Under the pieces are notes generated by a model, which saw nothing but the letters and a program-made list of their open reading frames with translations, did no database searches and had not been told where the DNA came from. A DNA stretch of 64,000 nucleotides from Takakia lepidozioides (lineage: Eukaryota; Plantae; Bryophyta), in NCBI GenBank assembly GCA_030704615.1, contig CM060733.1, positions 54,808,001-54,872,000 of the forward strand, read 5' to 3'. A program made the translations under genes and the position numbers. This document shows, one piece after another, positions 47,972 through 59,499 of this stretch (position 1 is the stretch's first letter; the number at the start of each line of letters is the position of its first letter).

Positions 47972-48403
47972 GAGTCACCTCCACGTCCTATCAAATAAAT
48001 CGAAGATCCAAAATACGCTTTTTCCATAGACGCCTCAGTGTTCTACGAGGGAAGCTCTTTTTGCCATGATATTGTGGCATGGAGAGTATCTCCATATCCG
48101 GAGATGCTCCCAAATTCCTCCATGTACTTTGATGCTAGCATTTCTCCTCCACTATTAGTGGTGGAGTTCTTTTCTCCCAGATCTGGGAAGAAGGATGGAG
48201 TGCATTGTATGAATGCTTGTGCAAGTGCAAATGTCAAGCACTACTGGCTTGGCTGTGCTGAAAATCAGTGGATTGAGTGTCCAGTCCTCTCAGGCACATG
48301 GATCTATAAGGTCGCGAGACTTGAGCGTGGGACCGACGGAGACGTTGTCTTGCCACCTTTTACTTTCCCAATACGCATGCAAAAAGTCTTTCAAGATGGG
48401 TGA
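47972..48403 (+). pseudogene. Uma2/DUF820-like putative PD-(D/E)xK endonuclease fragment
   Basis: HDIVAWR....P....YF....PPLLVVEFFSPRSGKKD....A.ANVKHYWL resembles the Uma2 PD...P.LVVEVLSPS...D...YA..GV..YW pattern; no clear start, upstream stop. Confidence 0.6.
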
Positions 48404-48864
48404 ATATTCAAGATTACTCACCTGTTCGTTTCACAATTGTCGTTGCAACCATGAAGGTTAATTGTCAGATGTGGCTGTGACCTTGACATGTAGTTTTCGG
48501 AGGAGGTGTGTGCAGTTTGTTAGAGTTTTGTATTTGATTTGTGGAGATAGGGGACGGGGATACTGAAGGTGTGGGTGCATCTAGGTCTGTGCAAGAGTGT
48601 CGGTACAAACAAGCTCAGTTGAGCGGGTTTATTGATAATCTTTCACAGGCGGAGGATCTAGACATAAGGTTCAGGGCGAGTCTCTGGAAGTGCTCAGGAG
48701 GTGGAGCCGCAAGATTCTTTCCGGTAGGGTTCGTGACTGGCAGAGAGGTGGAGAGTAGAGAGTGTGAAAATCTGGGAGATAAGGAGCCCAGGGGCAACTG
48801 ATTTTTGTAGACGGAAACAACAAGTTGCGGAGAGCTAAATGGAGGTGTTTGGACCTGAATGCAG

Positions 48865-48948
48865 GCAGAGGAGGTATTTGATGCAGCGTCACGATACCTG
48901 TTATTTCCATTGAAGCAGGCTTTGACAAATGCTCTGCTACCCCAATTG
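48865..48948 (+). pseudogene. Isolated exon fragment resembling plant ankyrin-BTB/POZ (ABTB1-like) protein
   Basis: After TGCAG acceptor: [28 protein letters not shown]. Confidence 0.5.
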
Positions 48949-49429
48949 GTGACTGCAATGCTTGCTGGTGTTTAGATTTGGTGTATGTACTAGTGAGTTT
49001 GGCGTATGAGTGGTAAAAAACGTTGCGTGATGGAAAGACAACCGCTGTTAGGACGTTGTGAATTTACACTATGTTGCAGAGCATCAAATAGAGTCCTCTA
49101 CGAGAGATCTCATCCTAATCGCGTAAGTTGAAGTCAAGGATAAAGTGCCATCATTGCAAGAAATATGGGCATGTTATAAAAGATTGTAGAATATGCATAG
49201 CAGAGAAGCGTAAATTAAGTGAAAGGAAAGAAACACGAGAGAACGAAGCTACTCATTAGAAATATCGTCTTATTTGTAGTTTTGTTTTCGGTCAATGTAC
49301 TACTATACATATATTTCTTATATGAGAGCTTATGACAAAACCCTTTTATGATCATATTAACAATATTAAGTATGTTGATGATTAAGCTCTGTTAAAAAGA
49401 CATAGAGTAATATTTCGAAGAAATTTGAG

Positions 49430-50870
49430 ATGGTGGATCTGAGAGAGATCCAATACTCCTTGGGAATATGGATAAATTATATTCGACAAGACCGAACGTA
49501 AATATTTTGACTCTTGAGACGCCCTGGTGTGGCTAAAAATATGCCAGTGAAAACCCTGTTTGTTCCATATTGTAAACTCTTGAAGGAAATGAGTCATAGA
49601 ATATCGCAGACTTTGAGACAATGCGAGCTATTCTTTATCATGAAATTTTATATATGCAATGGTCGTACAAGGCCATATATTGCACAATCAGTGGGGGCTA
49701 TAAACCAATTTGTGGCTAAGCATGGGCAACTTCATTGGGTTGGAGTAAAGCGGATTTTCTGCTATCTCAAAGTCACATTAGATTATGGTCTATGTTTGAG
49801 AAAGAACATTGATAGTGTTCATTTGGACCAAATATGTTCAAAATGGTATCTCATATATTGCTTGCAATGTCGCATATATCTATATTAAATATTGTGATGC
49901 AGATTGGACTGGTAATGTTGATGGCCGCCATTCCTATATGTTTATGTATTTATGCTGACAAATGGTGCAACAAGAATCTATCTACAATAATTGCTATTTT
50001 ATGAACTAAGGCCCATAATATATGATTGCATCTCAAACCACAATGCAAACAATATGGTTATTGTTGTTCTCTTAAATATTGGTCACCCACGTCATTAGGC
50101 ATATCACATATATTCATAACAACTAGGTAAGGATATATTGCCGAGGGATACCATAATATTCGTGTATATGACAACTGGTCAAGGATATTTTGCTCTCCTA
50201 AAGAATTTGATATTCCATGTTCACACAAGAGGCTATTGGGATCATCAGTTGTCAATTTGGTGTATTGCAACACCAACACAATAGTTGCAAATATATTGAC
50301 AAAATGACTTTATGCTTTCGAGGCTTGAAGTAAGTAGTTAAGTGTTTGACTTGGTAATTCGTTGAGTGGGGGTGTTGAAACTCAACTCCTTACCAAATTA
50401 CAAATATTCAGAGTTATTGAAATATGTCATAATTATCTCGACCATTTTTTGGCATGAACCTTAAGTATAAATAGGGGAGAGCCCAAAGGATGGCGCGGTG
50501 TCTTGGTTAAACGACAAACTTCAACAACTCTTTCGTCAACAGAAGCTGAGTACATATCAGCTGCTTGGAGATCTATGACACCTACAGTCACACCCTACAA
50601 CTCTATATTGTAACATTCAAAGTGCGATTGCATGAAATCAAAACCCAAAATACCATTCGAGAACTAAGCATATTGAGGTTCAATATCACTTTAGGAGGTT
50701 GTAGGCAAAGCAGAAATCAAAGTGGTCTATTGCTCGATAGAAGACATGGTTGTTGATGTTTTGACAAAAAGCTTACCAAAGCCAAAAAACTTGATGTTAT
50801 TTCTCCAAAGACATTGGAAGGTTGAGATTACGTGATTATCTCACTGAGAAAGGGTGTTGGAAAACAGCTC
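49430..50870 (+). mobile_element. Two degenerate Ty1/copia RT-RNase H 3' remnants
   Basis: TRPYIAQSVG...HWVGVKRIFCYLK, YCDADW; GAVSW..KRQ...LSSTEAEYISAA; PPT + TG starts TGAGTGGGGG|TGTTG (~50363) and TGAGAAAGGG|TGTTG (~50845). Confidence 0.75.
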
Positions 50871-50943
50871 CATATTCAACGAATCTACAACTCGACTTAT
50901 AGAGAAAGTTAGAGACGCTAAAAGTAACTCTCTACTTAGAGAA

Positions 50944-51862
50944 CATTTTCTTCCAAAGTGTCTTCCAAAATTTACTTGTAAACTTTGGATCGCGGTCCGA
51001 GACAATATCCTTTGGGAGTCCATGATGCTTGAAGACGTGGGCGAAATAAAGTCACCTCGTCTACTGCGCCGTTGCCGTCTCCTTGGTGGGGATGAAATGG
51101 CCCATTTTACTGAACCTATCCACCACCACCATGATTGCATCGAATTCTTTTGACAGCGGCATAACAGTCATGAAATCCATCGAGACACTTTCCCAAGACC
51201 CCTCTGGAATCGGCAAGGGTTGTAACAGTCCCGCTTGCTTTTTGTACTCGCTCCGGTTTTGTTGGCATGTGGTGCATGTCTTGACATACTTATCGGCCTC
51301 TTAAAGTTTGGGCCAGAAATACTTTTTCTTCAAGAATGTCACGGTGCGTTTGGCTCCGCCGTGGCCCGCAAGCGGGCCATCATGGCATTCTCTCAAGAGA
51401 CTATCTCTGATTCCTCCCTTCGGCACGTAGAGACGCTTTTGCTTGTACCGGAGTAGTCCATTTTGCAAGTGGAACTGCGATTTAACCCCCATCACGGACT
51501 TCGCAATCTCATCCTTCCGGTAAGCCTTCCGGATCTTCCTTAGCGCATCTCGCCTCTGTTCACCAACATGAGCTGCTGCTTTCTACTTAAAGCATCGGCC
51601 ACCACATTGTCCCATCCCGGCTTGTAATGGATATCCACGTCGAACACCGCCAAAGTATATTGCCACCTAAGTTGTTTTGGGGACAACTTAGGCTGCGTGG
51701 CAAAATACTTCACCGTGACATTGTCCGTGAATACCTTCACCGGGTTGGAACCAACATGGTGGCGCCAAAGCTCAAGGCAATGCATCACCGCCTTCATCTC
51801 TTTCTCGTGCATCGGCCACCGTTGCTCCACTTCATTCAGTTTCTTACTTTCGTAAGCCACTG
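50944..51862 (-). mobile_element. Continuation of host gypsy element (RNase H end and integrase), displaced by the inversion
   Basis: Minus strand starts CAGTG GCTTACGAAAGT ([11 protein letters not shown]), exactly where 27885 stopped; CHDGPLAGHGG, SMDF; ends near LWKKM. Confidence 0.92.
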
Positions 51863-52588
51863 TGTCGCGGCCCTTTGCCTTGAGGCAGGGGGTCGGGACA
51901 CATGAGGGGCTGCCCCTGTGGTGGGGGCAGCGGCAGCGATAGGTATGGGGGGCTGAAGCATCCTTGAGTGCCCAAGGCACCCAGGGAAGCGGAGGCGCTC
52001 ACTAGGTGGAGCCCCGCACACCGAGTTGCAGTGGGGGTGGCTCCACAAGGGTGGTGGTAGCTTAGTGGGACTTAGTGGAGGTGACATATGACTCACCATG
52101 GGGGCGGAGACCTCGTGGTGGGAGTCGTGGGGAGTCTTGGGACTCATCACGGTCCATAGGGGCCGTGGTGAGTGGGCCAAGGCTCACCGCGACTCATCAC
52201 CGGGAGTCGAGGGTTTTCGTGGTGGTTCGCCATAAAATGGCATGGCTGGTTGTGAAACCCCCGCGGACAGCTACAGAAGTATATATAAGGGAGTAGTAAC
52301 CCCGAGAACGGTGCAAGCCCGTTGGTGACCAAAAACTAGTGAGTAAGCGAGCGAGCCGGAAAGCGACCAAAGAGTGGGGAGCTGTTCCGGACTGCCAACT
52401 ACCAAAGGGAATTCCCGCTGGTTCCAAATCGGTGGAGGGTTCGTTGGGAGAACCAAGGGGGACCGTTATGCCCCGGTGAGCAGCCAAAGCTCCAAGTTGG
52501 CCCGGCGGTCAGGTTGGGAGTTAGGCGCGCGCATCAAAGCAAGTAACTATGACTTAAGGGGGAGCTTACCGAAGTGAGGTGCGTGACA
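51863..52588 (+). mobile_element. 5' LTR of nested gypsy element (LTR3)
   Basis: TGTCGCG...GTGACA, followed by Met-tRNA PBS TGGTATCAGAGC (52591-52602); near-identical to LTR2. Confidence 0.94.
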
Positions 52589-53623
52589 CTTGGTATCAGA
52601 GCTTAGAGTTCAGTACGCGATCGTCCTTGGGATTGGCCTCATCATGGGGTCGGGCAAGCCGAAGCGAAAACGGAACGGCCCAAAAGATGATGATCCTAGT
52701 GAGCCTGATGGAGGCGACGTGTCACCGAGGCAGCCGTTTGAGGAAGCGATGCATGTTTCCGAAAACGAGGCCGCTCAAGAGCGGGAGGAATCCGAGGAGT
52801 CGGAGCCCAAGGAATCCTTGAGAGCTCCGACAAACCAACAGATGCCTCCCATGCCGGCAGCCTTTTGGGAAGGGTTGTTGGCGCAGTTTGGCGGGACGTT
52901 GAAAGACGTGTTGAAGGCGGCTAATGCCACTTCCACTAAGGCAAAGTTTAAGGTGAAGCCTAAGGAACCCGGCACCTTCGAGGGCGTCCGAAATCGGAAA
53001 GGCACTCAACACCTGGCTTCTGGAGCTAGAGCAGTACTTCCGGGCGGCCAAGTTGAGTGACGAGGATCGGGTGGAAGTGGCTCCCACCTATTTGAGGGGC
53101 TATGCTCAACAATGGTGGCAGAAACGCCTTCACGACTGAGGCCCAAGCCCGGAAACCTTGAATTGGAGTGGGTTCAAGGAATTGATGAAGAGACAGTTTG
53201 TGCCCCTCAACGCGTCCTGGCTTGCCCGGGACAAGATGAGGAATTTGAAGCAAACAGATGACATTCGGGGGTATGTCCAGGCTTTCAATGTGCTGTTGCT
53301 CGAAGTCGCGGACATGGCAGAACCAGAAATGGTCTTCAACTTTGTGGCGGGACTGGCCCCATGGGCCAGGCGGAAGTTGGAGGAGAAGCCACCCAAGACT
53401 TTGAACGAGGCAATTGAGAGGGCTGAATGTTTCTCGGATGTCCCTAGGGGTGAGAGACAAGGCCGTACGGAGCTGAATCACAAGAAGACCCGGCGGAAAG
53501 GTGACTCCTTCCGACCGGAAAAGAAGTGGGATAGACCACGCGGCGACAATGGCACGTGGAAATCGAAGGGATGGCCTTCACACGTCAAGGCGGCACCCGG
53601 TGCTTCGAAAGAAAAAGCGGGTG
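52589..53623 (+). mobile_element. gag of nested gypsy element, broken at the inversion breakpoint
   Basis: Paralogue of 25413-26451; stops at GAAAAAGCGGGTG, just before the zinc knuckle. Confidence 0.92.
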
Positions 53624-54490
53624 ATTTGCTCATAGGTCTCCAAAGCCTCCATCCCACGACCATGCTGCGCATATCCAGCGATCATTACATTCCAGGACAC
53701 CACATCTCGTTCGGCCATACTGTCGAACACTCCCTTTGCATCCTTGATGCTCCTGCCTTTGGCATACATGTCCACCAGGGTATTGTTCAGAATGACATCC
53801 GGTACAATTCCAGCTTTGACCATGTCACCATGGACCTCTTTGCCCTTTCCCAGGTCTGCCAGGCTTGCACAAGCATTGCAAACACAAACAAATGTGATCA
53901 GGTTGGGCTCACACCTTCCCACATCATTTGTTCATATGTCTCCAAGGCATTCTTACCACACCCACGCTTGTTAAATCCTGCCATCATAGTATTCCACGTG
54001 ATCAGATCGCGTTCAGGCATTTTATTGAACACTTGGTGTGCATCCACAATGCTCCCACACTTAACATACATGTTGACAAGGGTGTTGTGTAGAAAAACGT
54101 TTAGCTTGAATCCACTTTGGCTAATGTGAGCGTGCACCTGCTTTCCGGCTTCTAGGCCCCTCATCTTGATACACTTGTGCAAGAGACAGACATAAGTATC
54201 TGAATCTGCTGAAATGCCTCCTTGGTTTAAAATCTGTAGAGCCTCTTTCAGTTGCCCTGCCTCACATAGTATCCTGACATGCCGAGAAGTGCCAGAAGAC
54301 GTATTATGGATTGCCACTCTTGCTCCTCTTTTGGAAGCTGTTGTCATGGTGGAGGTGCCTAATTTTGTCAAATGTGGCGCTGCTGCTGCTTCCAGTTGAC
54401 CATCTACCCATGCAGGTTTCTTGTAGCTATCAATCCACAGGGAATCATAGGTAAACTTGTGCTTGAAATCCAGCCCTCTCGGATGAATCT
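53624..54490 (-). pseudogene. PLS-class PPR gene A, 5' portion (PDF-motif C-half + first PPR repeats)
   Basis: CAG|IHPRGLDFKHKFTYDSLWIDSYKKPAWVDGQL...LCEAGQLKEAL...VFLHNTLVNMYVKCG...; paralogous to 39121-39980; frameshift ~53908; ends at ETYEQ. Confidence 0.9.
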
Positions 54491-57400
54491 GGACACACTC
54501 CATCCGTGCTCCTTCAGCTATACCTGCCTCGGCACCAATAAGGCATAGATCCTCAAGGATGGTAATTGAGCAACATAAAAAAACTGATCATAGTGTTGCT
54601 TGATCAAAATAGCTTCCTCCTCTTGCTCGCTGTCATGATCATTGTCTGCACTGCCCTCATCAAATTCTCGTAGCAGACATGTCCGCTGACGTCACTCTAA
54701 GAATCCAAACAGCTCTGGAAATGCCCCTCGCATGAACTCCAACAAAATAAATATCTCGCCTATTGCCACGATGAGCATGTCATCTGTACTTGCTGGTGCC
54801 ATGAAGGTTGCAGTGATGGTAGCAGAGCGACAGCCTCCCCACCAAGCAGGGAATGAGTCTCTCCCGTTCTGTAACAATGTACAATCATGTTCAGTAGTAA
54901 CACCCCAAGTGACTTCCTGCGACCAAGACAAATGCAGCAACACCACAATAAAATGAAAGTGAAACCCACCTCCAGTGCTCACCGGCGTACGAAGAAAGGC
55001 TGCCCTATAGGATCCTGTGACTGAGATGACCCGCTCTCCCCATTCTGCTGCTAGTCCTGCAACATCCACAAATTTCAACGCCCATCTCAAATTTCAACGC
55101 CTTGTCACCATAGAGCGCTTCAGCAACATATGCATATGACCCATCTGTCTGCTTCAGCATCACCTACCATGGCCCTACGACATCACCTACCCCCCCCAAC
55201 ACTTTGTAGAAAAGTTGTGCCTTCCCTTCTCAAGCCCACTCTACTCATAGCAAGACATCATAGGAACAGGTTCACCTTCAAGTCATAGACACAAGGCAGA
55301 GGAAAACTAGGGTGCTACATACAGATCGTGAGCATGGACGAGTACCAGGATTCTGGCGAAACAACGCCCCACTGTAATTAAGAATGAATGGTGCCACAGG
55401 AACGCTCTGGTATGGAATATGCAATAGCAAAGTCAGAAGTCTGACACTAGCCATACAGGTTGCTTCTGAGCACTGAACTATGCAGCTTTTCCACGTCCCT
55501 CTATCATTCTACTAGTAAACTGCTACAAGTGCCAGCATAGTAGCTCTTGGTGTGACAATGCAACCTCTAGTGCATACACAGGTGCCAAGCAACCGCAAAA
55601 GGAGGGGGAAGACAAAATAGAACAAGAAAAGGGGGGATTTCATCTTTACGATCTAATAGCAATAAACAACATGTAACAAACTACTAGCTCCGATACCAGT
55701 TGAGTGTCTTCACATATGAGGATAATGCCTACGCAATGGCTATAGAGTAATCCCGAGTTCGTATGTAAAAGACAGGTCAAAACTGGGAAAGAAATCGATA
55801 GTGTATCTCTTTGGTGGGAAAACCAAGTAAGCCAAGGTCAGCTCTGCACAGAATCATTTAGTGCAACATCAGCCCTTCAATCCAAGATGTAGTCTGGATT
55901 CTGTTACAATCTATCAGCTTCCCCTCAGTTCAAACCCAGCCTTTGTTGCCCGCTAGTCTCAGTAGTGTGATTGCTGGCACCTCAAGTCTTTCTTTAAGAT
56001 GCATCTTAAGGTAGCTCCCAAACTTCAGTCTTTGCATAGCTGGCTATGATTGGATAAATATACCTCAAAGTGTCTGTTTCCAAGTTGAAGAGAACAACTG
56101 GGGAATCTGCTGCAAGAGTATTCTGCAGCATGAAACAGTAGTACCATGTAATCATAGTCAACAATATTTACACACCATAAGCACCAGTGACGGTATGCTG
56201 CCTATGCACACAACTATGAATCAGCACTAAACCAGCACTCCATGTCCTTAATCTCCTCTTTCACACTCATAAAGAAGACAAGCCCCCGTGTGGGTGCTTG
56301 TGGCCGTCCAACCCACCAAGAGAATGGGAGCAGTAATCAAAACCTCATTCGTTATCTGGACTGTAGCATGCAGACCTTGCGATGGCAGAGTAGAGAGGCA
56401 TGCATCCAGTGGATATCCTTTCTTGAGATAGAAGGTCAGAGAAGGCGAATAGTCCAAGAGTCTTCCTTCCTTCTTTCAATTTGAGCTTTACCTAAAAGCG
56501 AAGACTGCTACGAAAAGCACCCAATACAGGAGTCACTATTAACTTGGAAAGGTTGTTGAAATGATTCCAATACCTTTGCAGCAATGTGTCCCTTATGCCC
56601 AAATTGGACACATTCAATCAGGTTTTGCCCTCACAACCCCACTAAAGAGGCTGTGAAGTTAGACTCACCTAATTGCTCGAACTGGAACTTATTGCCTTCT
56701 TTTGGAAGCCTCAGTGTGGGGACTGCATATGCATCTGCAATCACTTCTCTCGATTTTGGATTGTCATACCCAAGCCAAACATCACCATCCAATTCGCTTG
56801 AATTCTGCCAGAATTTACCCAGTCAGATGAGAATAGTATGGACAATGAGTTGTGATTTGTTGTTCCCTTAAAATCATAGAGTGGAAACTCACAGCAACCG
56901 ATTTAGTTACCAATCAATCCAAGGCTTCACATTGGGCACCATATGAAGTGTTGCTTGGAGGGGATGTTTCTCACAACGAAATGCATATAAAGTTCAGTTC
57001 AGGATACTTTTCAATACCAGGGATTGGTGCACAGTGGAGAGGGAAGCTACATCTGCCACTTGCAGTCTGGAACATGTCTAAAAGGGTACCATCACCGTTC
57101 CTCACGTGGAGCTTTGACAGGGTCCGACCCCATATCCAACATCATCTTTTCAGGGGAGTCTGACCAGTTGCCAAAATTCTTCAAATCCACCTGCCAGGGC
57201 ATGAAAAACAGGTAACTATTACGATATTTAAAAGTTCCATAGAAATGCTTTGAACATTGGGTCAATTGTATACGCAGTAAGGCTTGGTCCACTCTCCTCC
57301 CTCCAGTGCAACACGCTGAGCTTCGTGATAAAAGGAACATATGAGGCATCAACAGCAGCAAACAACAAACAGTCCATCAAAGAATTAGATGCAAAGTTGT

Positions 57401-59499
57401 AAACCTTTCGCCTCTGCTCAGTGAACAAGCTTTCGCGGTGCTGGTACACAGCCTGTTCCTTGTCAGCTGTGGCGCCCACACCTCCACCTCTGTGACTCTG
57501 CCTTTCAAATGTGCATAGCCCTGACAACACCAAAACTCATGCGCATTGAGAATAACCCAAACTACACACACCAATTTTGTGGCATCAAAATTCAAACCGC
57601 GCATGCACCCACCTTCTCCGATATTCCCAAATGCCAGCACATGTCATTTCAAGTTTTGAAACGTCTCAAAAAATGAGTTCTTGCTGTAGAACACATTTTC
57701 AACTGTGGAACCAATGTTATAAGGTGAAGTTAATGGATATGTCACACCTGTCCTGGGATTACCGTGCTTCACTATGGAATGCCGAAAGGGCCATACTTTC
57801 TAGCAACCCATGACCACTGGAAAGATGCCCATGTCCACTGGAGAGATGCCGGTTGCCACTGGTTACCCGTGGGAGGACCGCGGCCTTCCGTGACCGTAAA
57901 TTATTCCAAGTACTTATACGAATATAAAGTAAATTTACATGGAAATTCCATACTTTCAAGTGTTCCGCATTGGCAAATCTCCTCCTTCTCCCACGAAATG
58001 GATTCCACCTCGCGCACCGCTTAATCGCGCAAACAATATGCCTCGTCGCAACCTCTTGCAGAACGGTCGGCCACACCCGGCTGCCTCTTACTTCCTCCTA
58101 CATTGGAATTGGGAGGCCTGGCACGCATATCCAGGTGTGAATTTTATGTAATTCATACCCAAAATATCTACCTCTTTTACATTTTTATGAGCTTTTCAAG
58201 CTGCTCTCTCTAGTTTTTCATCAAAGACTTGCAGTGGTTCAGCAAGCTTAATCTGGTGACACTATACATCAAAATAATATCATGTTTTTGAACTTTTCTC
58301 GAACGAATTGTTCCATCCGACACATTACACATTACATTTGGTTGATGAAGGTAACCTGTAGAGCAAGGTTCAGGCATACATGCCAGTAGTAATGCCTTAG
58401 ATGAAGAAAAATATGTGGTAAGAAAAATGATGAAATCACATGTTGCATCTGATAGGTTGAATTTGATCAAAAGCCAGATCACTTGACCTATAGATCACGA
58501 GGTCAAAATGGGTTGAATGTTTATATTGTGCCTCCAAAACAAAACCTCTACCTTTCAGCAACTCTGCTGGACTCAACACCAGCATGTCAAAGCAGTTGAG
58601 ATATTCAAGTTCTACTCAAATTCTGAATCCAAAAGAAACACTCAATCACGAAGAACTAAAACAGATCTGAGTAGAATAAAATCTCCTCCTCCTCCTCCTG
58701 TTCCTTGTCCTTTGAGCAGCTCTGCCATGACCTGCTTGGGCCTGCATTCCAAGTATGCAACGAATTTCATTTCACTGTTAACCCCCCATTTCAATTAGAC
58801 TGAGTCATCAAGAAGTGGGACCTGCATCACTCGTTCACAGTCTACATTGTAGCAAAAAACTCTTATACACACCTACGTATCAAAAAAGAACTTACAAAGC
58901 TCAGACAATAGTGAGCATGGAGAACAGGCCGCCTCTAAGTCATCCAGAAAGGAAGAGATGGAGAGATCTTAAGCCAGGTATGATCGAATGCAGCAACAAA
59001 GATACAAGTGTCCTTGTCGACTATGTGTTTTTGCACAACCAACGCCGCGCTCAACTATAACGAAACACCATCGCTGGTACGGCAGGCACTCGAAGAAGCG
59101 TGGATTGACAGAGTTGAACAGCATATGTACAATGTGCACATATTTCTGCTTGTCAGGAGTATGATACAGTTCCAATTTTTCATTCGAATCTCAGCTAGAC
59201 AGTGCTTCATGAAAAGCAGTAAATATGTTTTCAAGTCTTGTGGGGAATAATTTCATGAAGGTACGGACAAAAATTGAGGACTCCTGGTTTCTGTTATCAA
59301 AAAGATGCACTGAAGAATGTTGGCATTCATGTTCACTTGCAGGGAGATCCCCATGATGAAAAAATATCACGAACGGGATGATTCCATAGCCAGAGGTGAA
59401 GGACAGTGTTTCATGTCATATATTTCTCATATGGCGTATGGTGTACTAACATATTGCTCGTTACTGGTGTGGGGATGAAAGTTCTGGGCCTTGTCCCAG

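Noticed and set aside
57808-57863. 21-bp imperfect tandem repeat (CCACTGGA.AGATGCC)
   Set aside because: About 2.5 copies only, with no further structure
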